A stretch of 64,000 nucleotides of DNA, taken from assembly GCA_963705105.1 (NCBI GenBank), contig CAVPIW010000006.1:192001-256000 (forward strand), written 5' to 3'. The notes beneath the pieces were generated by a model, which was not told the DNA's origin, did no database searches, and saw only the letters and a program-made list of their open reading frames with translations. This document shows, one piece after another, positions 37,940-48,168 of the stretch. Each line of letters begins with the position of its first letter. The first letter of the stretch is position 1. A program made the translations under genes and the position numbers. This DNA is from an uncultured Nitrospiraceae bacterium (lineage in GTDB: Bacteria > Nitrospirota > Thermodesulfovibrionia > Thermodesulfovibrionales > Dissulfurispiraceae).

Positions 37940-39906
37940 AGGGTCCCGGGACCGGCCCCGCTATCAGGATCAGGGGTTTCATAAAGCGCTACGGCAGGAA
38001 CGAGGCTGTCAGGGGCGTCGACCTGACGGCGGAGCGCGGGCAGCTGTACGGCATCATCGGGCCTGACGGAGCCGGCAAGAGCTCTCTCATGAAGGCCGTC
38101 GCCGGGGTCCTCGCCCATAACGGCGGTGACGTTGAGGTCCTCGGGGTCACCGTCGACAGCGAGCTTTCCGCCGAGTCCGTCAAGGCACGGATCGGCTTCA
38201 TGCCACAGGGTCTCGGCCTTAACCTCTATCCTGACCTGTCCGTCGACGAGAACATCGATTTTTTCGGCCATATCCGCCTCGTCGGAAAAGACCTGATCGA
38301 AGAACGGAAGAAGACCCTCCTTGCCGTGACCCGTCTGGAACGATTCCGCAACCGTCCCATGAAACAGCTCTCCGGCGGCATGAAGCAGAAGCTGGGACTC
38401 GTCTGCACCCTCATCCACTCACCGGAACTCATCATCCTCGACGAACCGACGACGGGTGTCGATCCAGTCTCGCGGCGGGACTTTTGGACGATTCTCTCCG
38501 AGCTTGTCCATGAACAGGGCATCACCGCCCTTGTCTCCACGGCGTATATGGACGAGGCGAGCCGCTTTCACCGCATGTCCCTGCTCTACAACGGCGAAGT
38601 GCTCGCCGAAGGGACTCCCGACACTATCCAGTCCCTCGTCCCCGGACGCCTGTTTATGATCCGTGCGACCCCCCGCGGGGAGGCACTGTCGCTCCTGAGG
38701 CCCCATTATCCCGGGGCGAGGCAGCAGGGCGGCTGGATCCGGGTCTTCGTCAGGGGTGCGGAAAGCGAAGGCGCCGGGCAGCGCATCGGCGAACTGATGT
38801 CCTCTCTCAAGGTCGACCGGATCGTGGAGACCGATCCCGACCTTGAAGACGTGTTCATCCTGCTGCTTGAAAAGGACGGTCACGCCGGAGAGGGAACGGC
38901 GGCGGCCGGTCTGACCGCCGGGAACGTCAAAGATCCGACGGATGATCATGCCGCGATCGAGGCCCGCGATCTCGTCCGGTATTTCGGGGAGTTCTGCGCC
39001 GTCGACGGGGTCTGCTTCCGTGTGCCCTACGGCGAGATCTTCGGTCTTCTCGGCGCAAACGGGGCAGGCAAAACGACGGTCATCAAGATGCTCACCGGGA
39101 TCATCCGGCCCACCGCCGGGCAGTGCCGCGTCGCGGGCACGGACATGCGGTATGCCGGCAGGGACGTCAGGGAGCGCATCGGCTATATGTCACAGGCCTT
39201 CTCCCTCTATCTCGACCTGACCGTCGTCGAAAACATCACGCTCTACGCCGGCATTTACTCCCTCACGAGACAGGAGACGCGGGACCGCACGGCCTGGATC
39301 ATCGCCCAGGCAGGCCTGGGTGGACACGGGAACGATCTTGCCGGGAGCCTGCCCATGGGTCTGAGGCAACGGCTCGCCCTGGGCTGCGCCCTCGTTCACC
39401 GTCCCAGGGTCCTTTTCCTCGACGAGCCCACATCGGGTGTCGACCCCGTCGGCAGGCGTCTCTTCTGGGACATCCTCTACGGCCTGTCCCGCGACGAGGG
39501 GGTGGCGATCCTCGTGACCACGCATTACATGAGCGAGGCCGAGTACTGTGACCGTCTCGCCCTCATGCACGGCGGAAAGCTCATAGCGGACGCAACACCG
39601 GAAGCCCTGAAAAGGGATGTTGAAACCGTGGCAGGGCAGATCATCGAGATCGCGGCGGATCGACCCGAATCGGCGCTGAAAACATTGAAGAAAAGCGGGT
39701 TCGGTACCCCGTCCTTCTTCGGCAGAAAACTGCATGTCCTTTCCCTGGATCCCGGCATTGACGGGGTCCGGGCGACGGAGGTCCTGACGAGGGAGGGGAT
39801 CCGCGTTTCTTCGGTGAACACGCTTCCTCTCTCCATGGAGGATGTCTTCGTCTACCGGATCGAGTCGATGGAACAGGAGGCTGTTGAAGCGGAGGCACAG
39901 GGGTGA
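37933..39906 (+). CDS. ABC transporter ATP-binding protein with two ATPase domains (YbhF-like)
   Basis: GPDGAGKS / GANGAGKT, LSGGMKQ, LDEPT twice. Confidence 0.93.
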   Translation: MVEGPGTGPAIRIRGFIKRYGRNEAVRGVDLTAERGQLYGIIGPDGAGKSSLMKAVAGVLAHNGGDVEVLGVTVDSELSAESVKARIGFMPQGLGLNLYPDLSVDENIDFFGHIRLVGKDLIEERKKTLLAVTRLERFRNRPMKQLSGGMKQKLGLVCTLIHSPELIILDEPTTGVDPVSRRDFWTILSELVHEQGITALVSTAYMDEASRFHRMSLLYNGEVLAEGTPDTIQSLVPGRLFMIRATPRGEALSLLRPHYPGARQQGGWIRVFVRGAESEGAGQRIGELMSSLKVDRIVETDPDLEDVFILLLEKDGHAGEGTAAAGLTAGNVKDPTDDHAAIEARDLVRYFGEFCAVDGVCFRVPYGEIFGLLGANGAGKTTVIKMLTGIIRPTAGQCRVAGTDMRYAGRDVRERIGYMSQAFSLYLDLTVVENITLYAGIYSLTRQETRDRTAWIIAQAGLGGHGNDLAGSLPMGLRQRLALGCALVHRPRVLFLDEPTSGVDPVGRRLFWDILYGLSRDEGVAILVTTHYMSEAEYCDRLALMHGGKLIADATPEALKRDVETVAGQIIEIAADRPESALKTLKKSGFGTPSFFGRKLHVLSLDPGIDGVRATEVLTREGIRVSSVNTLPLSMEDVFVYRIESMEQEAVEAEAQG

Positions 39907-41057
39907 ACATGCAACGCATCAAGGCCCTGACCGTCAAGGAATGGCGGGAGATCCTCCGCGACCGCGTGTACCTGTCCCTCGCCTTTGCCGTGCCCCTCAT
40001 GTGGATGATCGTCTTCGGTTACGGACTGAGCTTCGATGTCGAAAATGTCCCCTTCATGATCATGGACTATGACCGCTCCGCGATGAGCCGCGACTACTGC
40101 CACCGGTATATCGATTCGCGGTATTTCGATTTCCGCGGATATCTCGGGAATATGGACGAGGCATCGGACCTCCTCGCCGACAGCAGGATACGGCTCGTGA
40201 TCGTCATCCCCGGGCATTTCGAACGATATCTCATGGAGGGACGTCCGGCTTCCATACAAACGATAATAGACGGAACGTTTCCCTCACGGACACAGACCCT
40301 CCAGGGGTATATAGAAGCGATCAACAGCGCGGCAAACGCCGAACTCATCGCCCGCTCCCTCGCAGATCGCTATGGGATTCCCCCTGACAGGGCGGAGCTG
40401 CTCGTTCAGCCCCTGAGGATCGAGACGCGCTATCTTTACAACCAGTCCCTCAGGAGCGTCTGGTCCATCGCGCCGTCGCTCATCATGTTCGCCCTCATGC
40501 TCGCACCGCCCCTGCTCACGGCGCTGAGCGTGGTGCGGGAGAAGGAGTACGGCTCCATTTACAACATCTACGCGTCGACGATCACGAGATGGGAATTCAT
40601 CGCCGGCAAGCTCCTGCCGAACCTCATGATTTCGTCGATAAACGGTCTCGTGCTCTGGTTCATGGCGGCGTTCTACTTCGGCACGCCCTTCAAGGGCAGC
40701 TTCATCCTTTTCTGTGCCGCCACGGTCCTCTTTATTCTCACGACGAGCAGCATCGGCCTGCTCATCTCGTTCCTCGTGCGCACCCAGGTGGCGGCCCTCC
40801 TCATCACCGTCGTCCTGAGCATCATACCGACGATCCTATACAGCGGCATGCTCCTCCCCGTATCGTCCCTGACAGACGCGGGCATTGTGCAGGCCCATAT
40901 GTTTCCGACCATGTACTACCACACGATCGTGCGGGGTGTTTTCCTGAAGGGGATCGGCATCGGGGTGCTCTGGTTCGAGATGGTCGCCCTGTGCTGCTTC
41001 GCCGTCGTTCTCATCGCCCTCTGTGCCATGCTCTTTAGGAAGAGGCCCTCGACGTGA
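39903..41057 (+). CDS. ABC-2 permease (YbhS-like)
   Basis: KEWREILRD, SVVREKEYGS. Confidence 0.9.
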   Translation: MNMQRIKALTVKEWREILRDRVYLSLAFAVPLMWMIVFGYGLSFDVENVPFMIMDYDRSAMSRDYCHRYIDSRYFDFRGYLGNMDEASDLLADSRIRLVIVIPGHFERYLMEGRPASIQTIIDGTFPSRTQTLQGYIEAINSAANAELIARSLADRYGIPPDRAELLVQPLRIETRYLYNQSLRSVWSIAPSLIMFALMLAPPLLTALSVVREKEYGSIYNIYASTITRWEFIAGKLLPNLMISSINGLVLWFMAAFYFGTPFKGSFILFCAATVLFILTTSSIGLLISFLVRTQVAALLITVVLSIIPTILYSGMLLPVSSLTDAGIVQAHMFPTMYYHTIVRGVFLKGIGIGVLWFEMVALCCFAVVLIALCAMLFRKRPST

Positions 41058-42208
41058 CGGCGGAACGGGGGACCAGGGCGATTTTCCGTTGGTGGAGACG
41101 GCTCCAGGTCATGGTCGTCAAAGAGATCAGGCAACTGCTCCGGGACGTGCCGCTCCTGCTCTTCCTGATTTATGCGTTCACGATCGAGATCTACCTGGCC
41201 GGCAGCGGCGGGGCGCTCGAACTCAACCGCGCAAAGGTGATCGTCCATGACGCGGACAGGACCGACGCTTCACGGGATCTGATATACAGGTTTATGCCTC
41301 CTTATTTCGAAATGGCGGGCGAGGTGAGAGACATCCGCACTGGCCTTGCCATGCTCGACAGGGGCGATGCCCTTGTCCTCCTTGATGTGCCGGAGCGGTT
41401 CGAAGAGACGCTCATCAGGGGCGAAAGGGCCGCATCGGTGCAGATGCAGATCGACACGAGCAATACCACCCTCGGGTACCTCGCGGCGAGCTACGGCGCG
41501 CAGATAGGGGCGATCTTCGTACGGGAGCGGACAGAAAGCTTCTTTCAGGACGAGGGATTGCCGGTCATCAGAAACGAGCAGCGCGTCTGGTTCAACCAGG
41601 ACCTGAAAGACAGTTGGTACAAGGTTATCTCGGAGCTGCTCACGATGATGACGGCCGTGTCGGTCCTGCTGCCCGGCGCCGCCATGGTCCGCGAAAAGGA
41701 GCGCGGCACGATCGAGCAGCTCCTCGTCTCCCCGATCAGCCCTTTCCAGGTGCTCATTTCGAAGGTGCTCGCCATGGACATCGTCATCCTCATCGCAACG
41801 GCGGTGAGCCTCTTCGTCATCATGCAGCCCCTATTCGGCCTCCCCGCCCGGGGCAGCCTGGTCCTCTTCTTTTCCCTCGTGGCCCTCTATGTGTTCACGA
41901 CCGCAGGCCTGGGGCTCGTCGTTGCGACGGTGGCGCGCAATTCCGCCCAGGTGGGCATGCTCACTATCCTCTTCGTGACGCCCATGATCATGCTCTCCGG
42001 CACCTGGACCCCGCCCGAGGCGATGCCCAGGGTGCTCCAGTTCCTCATCAGGCTCTCCCCGCTCAACCATTTCATCGAGATCTCCTACGGCATACTGCTC
42101 AGGGGGGCCGGCGTGGCTCTCCTCTGGGACTCCATCCTCGCCATGTTCATCATGGGCAACCTCCTGCTCCTGGTCGGCGTCTGGAGGTTCCGGAGGATGT
42201 TCGGGTAA
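41054..42208 (+). CDS. ABC-2 permease (YbhR-like)
   Basis: KEIRQLLRD, VREKERGTIEQL. Confidence 0.9.
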   Translation: MTAERGTRAIFRWWRRLQVMVVKEIRQLLRDVPLLLFLIYAFTIEIYLAGSGGALELNRAKVIVHDADRTDASRDLIYRFMPPYFEMAGEVRDIRTGLAMLDRGDALVLLDVPERFEETLIRGERAASVQMQIDTSNTTLGYLAASYGAQIGAIFVRERTESFFQDEGLPVIRNEQRVWFNQDLKDSWYKVISELLTMMTAVSVLLPGAAMVREKERGTIEQLLVSPISPFQVLISKVLAMDIVILIATAVSLFVIMQPLFGLPARGSLVLFFSLVALYVFTTAGLGLVVATVARNSAQVGMLTILFVTPMIMLSGTWTPPEAMPRVLQFLIRLSPLNHFIEISYGILLRGAGVALLWDSILAMFIMGNLLLLVGVWRFRRMFG

Positions 42209-42211
42209 AGA

Positions 42212-42287
42212 CAGTGTGAGTGTGAGTGTCAGTGTGAGTGAAGGAGAAAAAGAAAGCCTTTCCTGAGGGTATTTGCAGCGATAGGGA
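42212..42287 (+). repeat. Hexamer block plus degenerate element end
   Basis: CAGTGTGAGTGTGAGTGTCAGTGTGAGTG then GCCTTTCC...TATTTGCAGCGATAGGG. Confidence 0.65.
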
Positions 42288-42468
42288 AAAGCTGTAAGCT
42301 GTTTGGGACAGGAGTGACAAACCCGTCATATCCCCTTAGAAAAGGTGGTTTTTATTTGAGGGATGTTGAGGGCTGCTGACTGACGACTGTTAAATTAAAG
42401 TTGACATCATAGTTAATTATTGTTAACATATTTTGCTTAAAAATTATAATTAGACATAGGAGGTAGTT

Positions 42469-42912
42469 ATGAAGAAGGTATTGATCGCTTTTTACAGCCG
42501 GACGGGAAACACAGGGAAGATGGCCGAGTATATCGCCGAGGGCGTCCGCTTTGCCGGACAGGACGCGGAGATCAAAAAGATCACCGAACTCAAGAGTGAA
42601 AAGGACTTTGCGGGCTATGACGGATACATTTTCGGCTGCCCTACCTACCACAAGGACATGACGGAAAACTTCAAGACCTTCCTCTTCCTTGCGCAGAAGG
42701 GGAACCTCGAGGGAAAGGTGGGCGGCGCTTTCGGTTCCCACACCCACAGCGGCGATGCCCCGCAGCTTATTTACGATACCATGGCATATGTGTTCAAGAT
42801 GAATATGACCAACCTCGGCGCTTTTCCGCTCAAGGAGGTCACGGTGAATTCGGACACAGGCGTTCATGCCTGTCAGGATTACGGGAAATTCGTCGGGAAG
42901 ATGCTCGCCTAA
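42469..42912 (+). CDS. Flavodoxin-family protein
   Basis: YSRTGNT FMN loop, FGCPTY, AFGS; strong RBS and TTGACA-17-TAACAT upstream. Confidence 0.9.
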   Translation: MKKVLIAFYSRTGNTGKMAEYIAEGVRFAGQDAEIKKITELKSEKDFAGYDGYIFGCPTYHKDMTENFKTFLFLAQKGNLEGKVGGAFGSHTHSGDAPQLIYDTMAYVFKMNMTNLGAFPLKEVTVNSDTGVHACQDYGKFVGKMLA

Positions 42913-43078
42913 ACAGCAGTGTCAGTGACAGTGACAGTGTAAGGAAAATTTTCAGTCCCTTTCCTGAACTGCCCGGAATGTTTATGACGCTGTCTTCTTT
43001 CTTTGCGCGCTTTGCGGCTTTGCGCGGGATTGCCTTAGGCCTTGAAGGGGTCGTCCATCCGGGCGGCCCTTTTCTTTT

Positions 43079-44362
43079 TCAGCGCCGGAGGATTGTGATG
43101 TGCGTCGCGCAGGAGATGCAGGGGTCATAGCTCCGGATGACCTGTTCGCATCCCCTCTTGATGAAGTCCGCCGGCTTGTCGATATGCCGCCTGACAAAAA
43201 GTGCGACATCCTCCTCGATCATGGCGAGGTTCTGCGATGTCGGGGGTATGAGGGTGCAGCACTGCACCCGTCCGTGGTCGTCGGTCTCGTAACGGTGGAT
43301 GAGGATCCCCCTGGGCGCCTCGGTGATCCAGACAGCCTCGCCGGCTTTCGGTTCCACAGGGACCGCCGCAGTCTCCGCTTCCTTGTAACCCCTGATGACC
43401 CTGGCCGCTTCTCCGATCGCATATGTCATCTCGATGATCCGGGCAACCATCGCAGCTTGAATATGTCTCAGTGGTACGGTGACGCCGGCACCTGCCATTG
43501 CGTCCCTGATCCTCCCGGGCAGCCTGTCCGCATTGTTGTTCAGCCTTGAAAGAGGTCCCACAAGATAGGGGTTGACGGAGGACTCCCGCTTAATCCCGCT
43601 GTGCAGGGCCGTCGAGTAGGGCTGCTGATACTCCTGCACGAGATCGAAGAACCGCTCCATGGGCTCGTCCAGTCCCCTGTCAGAAAAGACGACGCCCTCG
43701 CTCATGGGATACTCGTCGGGATGTCGGAGGGAGACGCTTTCCACGTCGCGCCTTTCTCCGTCGGCAGCGAGTCTCGCTGCCCACCCGATTTCCCCGATGG
43801 CGACAGTATAGAGGCGCTCAAGCTCCGGCAGGAGCGGACGGAGATCGTCCGGGGCCGGCAGGCGGGAGAACCCTCCGACGCGTGGCGTCACCGGGTGCAC
43901 CGGCCGTCCCCCGAGGACCCTGACGATGCGATCGCCGATCGCCTTAAATGATAGTCCCCTCACCATGATTTCCCTGTATTCCCGGTTTGCCCAGGCGCTT
44001 TCGAGCCCGTAGAAATCGGGACCCTGGAGCAGGTACGCATGGAGGGCATGGCTCGCGATCCACTCCCCGCAGTACAGGAGACGCCTGAGGTCTCGGACCC
44101 CGGGGCTCACGGAGACGCCGAATATCTTTTCCAGCGCGTGCACCGAGGACATCTGGTAGGCGATGGGGCAGATGCCGCAGATGCGCGCCGTGAAATCAGG
44201 CACGTCGGTGTACGGTCGTCCCCTGAGAAAGGCCTCGAAGAACCGCGGCGCTTCGAAGATGTTGAGGTGCACCGAGGCGATCGTTCCATCCCTGATGTCG
44301 ACGGTTATCCCGCCCTCTCCCTCAACCCTGGAGAGATAGTCAATCGAAATTTTACGTGTCAT
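43079..44362 (-). CDS. [NiFe] hydrogenase large (alpha) subunit, group 3b
   Basis: SRVEGEG, RICGICP (L1), EAPRG, DPCISCATH (L2). Confidence 0.94.
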   Translation of the reverse strand: MTRKISIDYLSRVEGEGGITVDIRDGTIASVHLNIFEAPRFFEAFLRGRPYTDVPDFTARICGICPIAYQMSSVHALEKIFGVSVSPGVRDLRRLLYCGEWIASHALHAYLLQGPDFYGLESAWANREYREIMVRGLSFKAIGDRIVRVLGGRPVHPVTPRVGGFSRLPAPDDLRPLLPELERLYTVAIGEIGWAARLAADGERRDVESVSLRHPDEYPMSEGVVFSDRGLDEPMERFFDLVQEYQQPYSTALHSGIKRESSVNPYLVGPLSRLNNNADRLPGRIRDAMAGAGVTVPLRHIQAAMVARIIEMTYAIGEAARVIRGYKEAETAAVPVEPKAGEAVWITEAPRGILIHRYETDDHGRVQCCTLIPPTSQNLAMIEEDVALFVRRHIDKPADFIKRGCEQVIRSYDPCISCATHITILRR

Positions 44363-44375
44363 TTGACCTCGGTGT

Positions 44376-45140
44376 TCAATGCAGGCCCTCAATCCTGGCT
44401 TTCCTGAAGGCCAGCGTGTTCATGGCATCGATGCGCTCCATGCATTCCCTGTCGGTGAGACCGAGCTGCCCGAACTGCCGGAACAGCGCCTCTATGTTCG
44501 CCCCCTCGCGGGGACCGAAACAGCCGTAGCAGGGCCGCAGAAGGGAAGGGCAGAGGACGCCGCAGCCCGCCCGCGTCACAGGGCCGAGACAGGGTTCCCC
44601 TTTCGACACGAGGATGCAGGGTATCCCTTCCCGTTTGCATTCCATGCAGAGGCTGTACCCCGGGATGCCCGGCCTCCTGCCGAGGAGCAGGGAGACGAGC
44701 GTCTCGGTAAGGGCGGCGGTGTTGATGGGGCAGCCCCAGAGTTCATAGTCCACAGGGACGTGGTCGGAAACGGGCGTCGATGTCGGCAGGGAGCGGACCA
44801 CGTCCGGCGTGGGGTAGACCCTCTGTTTGTACGCAGTCAGGTTGGCCCAGTTTCTGAGGGCCTGGAGACCTCCCGAGGTGGCGCAGGCGCCTATGGTGAT
44901 GAGGGAGTGAGCGCGTTCCCTGATCTCGGCGATTTCTCCCCTCTGGTCCTCCGTCGATACCGATCCTTCGACAAGGGCGATGTCGAAATGTCCCCGGAGC
45001 GGCCGGGCCGTCGCCTCGCGGAAGTAGGCGATGTCGGCGAGGTTGAGCAGGGCGACGAGGTCCTCGCCGATGTTGAGGATCGACAACTGGCAGCCGTCGC
45101 AGGAGGTGAGCTTGAAGACGCCGACGCGGGGTTTCTTCAT
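44376..45140 (-). CDS. [NiFe] hydrogenase small (delta) subunit
   Basis: TSCDGCQ, VEGS, GACA, GCP, CLGPVT, CYGC. Confidence 0.92.
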   Translation of the reverse strand: MKKPRVGVFKLTSCDGCQLSILNIGEDLVALLNLADIAYFREATARPLRGHFDIALVEGSVSTEDQRGEIAEIRERAHSLITIGACATSGGLQALRNWANLTAYKQRVYPTPDVVRSLPTSTPVSDHVPVDYELWGCPINTAALTETLVSLLLGRRPGIPGYSLCMECKREGIPCILVSKGEPCLGPVTRAGCGVLCPSLLRPCYGCFGPREGANIEALFRQFGQLGLTDRECMERIDAMNTLAFRKARIEGLH

Positions 45141-45979
45141 CAGATCTCCTTCACCGCCAGAAAAGGCGCCACATCGGCGAACCGGAAGACAGGGCCGTCC
45201 TTGCAGACGAACTTGGGGCCGAAGAAGCAGTGGCCGCAGATGCCCATGCCGCAGTTCATCGTCCTTTCCATGGAGAGGAAGATCTTTTCTTCCGGTACCC
45301 CCCGTATCAGGAGGGCCTGCGCCGTCGCATCCATCATCACCTCGGGGCCGCAGAGGAAGGCGACGGTGTTGAGCGGGTTCATCGTTATCCGGTCGAGGAG
45401 AGTTGTGACGGTTCCGACAGAGCCCTTCCAAAAGACTTCCGGATCGGCCCTGTCGACGGTCAGGAGGGTTTCGAAGGCATCGCGGTAACGGGGGAGTTCG
45501 TCCCTGAAGATGACGTCTTTGGGTGTCCTCGCCCCGTACATAATACGGGGGATGCCGGCGGGCCTGAAAGTCGCTGTCCCCCGGAATATCTGCCTGATGA
45601 CGGACCGCAGGGGAGCAATGCCGAGTCCACCCGCCATGATGAGAAACTCCCGTCCCTCCAGTTCGTCCATGGGCCATCCCGTTCCAAAGGGGCCTCTCAG
45701 GCCGAGCACGTCGCCTGCGCGAAGCATCGAGAGGGCATTCGTCACGTCGCCGGCGATCCTGATCGTGTGCGTGAGGTCGTGGTCCGACGGCGCAGAGCTG
45801 ATCGAGATGGGCGCCTCGCCTATGCCGGGCAGGGAGAGCATATTGAACTGCCCCGGAGTGAACCGGTATTTTTTCGAAAACTCCCTGTCCCGCAGGGCCA
45901 GTGAGACCGTAAAGGTGTCCCTCGTCTCCCGGCGCACCCAGCGGACCTTCGCCTCTGTCGGCGTCGTCCTACCGGGCAT
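45140..45979 (-). CDS. Group 3b hydrogenase gamma subunit (FAD/NAD(P)-binding, 2Fe-2S)
   Basis: PGQFNML, GPFG, AGGLG, CGMGICGHC...CKDGP. Confidence 0.92.
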   Translation of the reverse strand: MPGRTTPTEAKVRWVRRETRDTFTVSLALRDREFSKKYRFTPGQFNMLSLPGIGEAPISISSAPSDHDLTHTIRIAGDVTNALSMLRAGDVLGLRGPFGTGWPMDELEGREFLIMAGGLGIAPLRSVIRQIFRGTATFRPAGIPRIMYGARTPKDVIFRDELPRYRDAFETLLTVDRADPEVFWKGSVGTVTTLLDRITMNPLNTVAFLCGPEVMMDATAQALLIRGVPEEKIFLSMERTMNCGMGICGHCFFGPKFVCKDGPVFRFADVAPFLAVKEI

Positions 45980-47075
45980 GGCTCAGGGCCTCCAGTTCCG
46001 CGGTGATGTCGATCCCGGCGGGGCACCAGGTGATGCACCGGCCGCATCCGACGCACCCGGGCAGATCGAACTGCTCGAGGGCGTAGGCGAGCTTGTGGGC
46101 CATCCAGTGACGGTACCGTGCCCGCCGTGAGACCCTGAAATTGCCGCCGTGGACGCGGGCGAAATTCCGGGAGAAGCAGGAGTCCCAGGTGCGGACATGG
46201 CTTCCCGAGATTTCGCCGCCTCCCGATACCCCCCGGAGGCCGACGCTGTCATAAGCGGTCGAACAGAAGCAGGTCGGGCAGACCTGCGTGCAGTTGCCGC
46301 ACTCGAGGTCCCGTGTGGCGATCTCCGCCCACCGGGGATGGTCGAGATTCCTGTATATGAGCTGAGGAAGTTCCCGAAAGGGGATGGATTTGCCGATGAG
46401 GGACCGGCACTTTTCGACGACTTTTATCTTCTCGTCCAGGTCGCTCCCGGAGGCCCGCGCCGGTGAGAGCGATGCCGTGATCTCGTCACCCTTCCGGCTC
46501 CCCGTCTCGATGAGGAGGCGGTCGTCCAGCTCCGTGATGAGGATGTCGAACCCGCCGGTCACCTCCGGCCCCGTGCCGATGGACGAACAGAAACAGTTGT
46601 CGCCCGGGTAGACACAGTTGAGGGCGATGAGAAACATCGTGTCACGGCGTTCCGCATAATCGGCGATTTTGACGGGTCCCCCGAGAAAGACCTTGTCATA
46701 GAGCCTAAGGGCGGCCCTGTCGCAGGCGCGCATCCCGAAAAGGGCGATCGGCTTTTCTTCAGGCATGGGGACGTCGACGGTCAGTCTTTTCGCAGACCTC
46801 CGGAACCGGTAGAGTTCCGTCGCCGGGGGATTCAGGAACCGCTTGAAGGAATCGGGGCCGTTTGAAAAGGAGAACATGCGGGGATCCCGCTCATCAAGGA
46901 GCCTGTACCGTCCCGGCCCCTGCCGCTCCCTGAGGCCCACCGGCAGGTCCCCGGCGCCGATCTCGTCAAGGACAATAGCACCGTCCCGCACCTTGGGTCC
47001 GATGACACGATATGATCCGCTCAATGCCTCAAAGAGCGCAGGGAGTGAGTCTTTCGTGATCGTCCACGCGGTCAT
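45969..47075 (-). CDS. Group 3b hydrogenase beta subunit (4Fe-4S)
   Basis: CGNCTQVCPTCFC, CVGCGRCITWCP. Confidence 0.92.
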   Translation of the reverse strand: MTAWTITKDSLPALFEALSGSYRVIGPKVRDGAIVLDEIGAGDLPVGLRERQGPGRYRLLDERDPRMFSFSNGPDSFKRFLNPPATELYRFRRSAKRLTVDVPMPEEKPIALFGMRACDRAALRLYDKVFLGGPVKIADYAERRDTMFLIALNCVYPGDNCFCSSIGTGPEVTGGFDILITELDDRLLIETGSRKGDEITASLSPARASGSDLDEKIKVVEKCRSLIGKSIPFRELPQLIYRNLDHPRWAEIATRDLECGNCTQVCPTCFCSTAYDSVGLRGVSGGGEISGSHVRTWDSCFSRNFARVHGGNFRVSRRARYRHWMAHKLAYALEQFDLPGCVGCGRCITWCPAGIDITAELEALSHAR

Positions 47076-47131
47076 CGCTGTCTCCTCGACACATTATATC
47101 ACGGAAAATTCCAGTTCAAAACAGTTTTGTT

Positions 47132-47185
47132 TATAGCCCGGCAATTACATAGGCGAACTCCTTCAAGCATCGTCATTCCGGCTTG
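47132..47185 (-). repeat. Truncated REP-like family 2 element
   Basis: TAGCCCGGCAAT...GTCATTCCGGCTTG; similarity stops where the AT-rich cassette region begins. Confidence 0.55.
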
Positions 47186-47716
47186 AGTATTGTACAATGC
47201 AGCCCGAGATGAAATAAACATTGTGAAATCTCATCCAAGAGAAAGCCTGCATGGCGAAACGTCCTGACTCAATTTGGAATAACTCTTTTGTGGCAGACTA
47301 ATAATGGCATAAAGCACGGACGGGATATAGCCCCCGGGGAACTCTTCGCTGAGCGGCGCTATTTCGGCCAAGTCCTGCGATAGGCGGAAGTGCTGTCCGA
47401 GGTGTGGGCGGCGGCATAATGGCGGGACAGAAAAACGGCAAGATATCAAGACTTTGCCCGGGCGACGCTGCCCTATATTGCAAGTTTCCCTATCGCCTTA
47501 GCAGGATTTTGGCTGGGCTCAATAGTCGGCTTTCTGAAAAGAAGGCAAAACAAATAAAGACCCTCGACTCCGCCTAACTAACGGATATCAACAAAAGGAC
47601 ATCGAGTGGGGAATAAACAAATCTGAACATTGGGAGGTTTAAAAGACGGTGAAAAGGTGGTATCGCTAAGAGAAATTTGTTAAACTAAATCCGAGAGATA
47701 AGAAGGAGCTGCAACG

Positions 47717-47917
47717 ATGAGTAAAATAGAAAAAATTGAAAAAGAAGTTCAGGGGTTAAAGCCGGAGGAACTTGAGGCTTTTCGAAAATGGTTCTGGGAT
47801 TTTGATGCAGAGGCATGGGATCGGCAATTTGAAAAAGATGCGCTGTCGGGGAAACTCGATGCGGTGGCCGAAGCTGCACTCAAGTCATATAAATCTGGAA
47901 CCTGTTCACAAATTTGA
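47717..47917 (+). CDS. Putative antitoxin
   Basis: 66 aa, acidic, AWDRQFEKDALSGKLD; RBS AAGGAG; overlaps the toxin start. Confidence 0.75.
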   Translation: MSKIEKIEKEVQGLKPEELEAFRKWFWDFDAEAWDRQFEKDALSGKLDAVAEAALKSYKSGTCSQI

Positions 47918-48168
47918 AGCATTTCGCCTCACCGGAGTTTTGGGAACTTTATAGGGTATTGCCGCAACATGTCCAAGCTCTCGCCGACAAGAATTATTCG
48001 CTGCTGAAGAATAATCTTTATTATCCGTCTCTACACCTCAAGAAAGCTGGCCGTTATTGGTCTGTCAGAGTTGGCTATCATCACCGCGCAGTTGCTGTTG
48101 AGGTGCCAGATGGGCTGCTTTGGTTTTGGATTGGCAGCCATGAAGATTACAATAAGCTGATGGGTTAA
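47914..48168 (+). CDS. RelE/ParE-superfamily-like toxin
   Basis: FWELY...YPSLHLKK...WSVRVG...HRAVA...WFWIGSHEDY. Confidence 0.78.
   Translation: MKHFASPEFWELYRVLPQHVQALADKNYSLLKNNLYYPSLHLKKAGRYWSVRVGYHHRAVAVEVPDGLLWFWIGSHEDYNKLMG

Noticed and set aside
43079..44362. Selenocysteine-containing [NiFeSe] hydrogenase
   Set aside because: Both CxxC motifs use ordinary Cys codons and there is no in-frame TGA
44376..45677. 433-aa extended hydrogenase small subunit
   Set aside because: The extension overlaps the gamma-subunit gene in another frame; the real start is ATG 45140 with an RBS
47186..47560. Integron integrase gene or remnant
   Set aside because: No tyrosine-recombinase motifs (HxLRH, LLGH, TxxY) found in the frames I read
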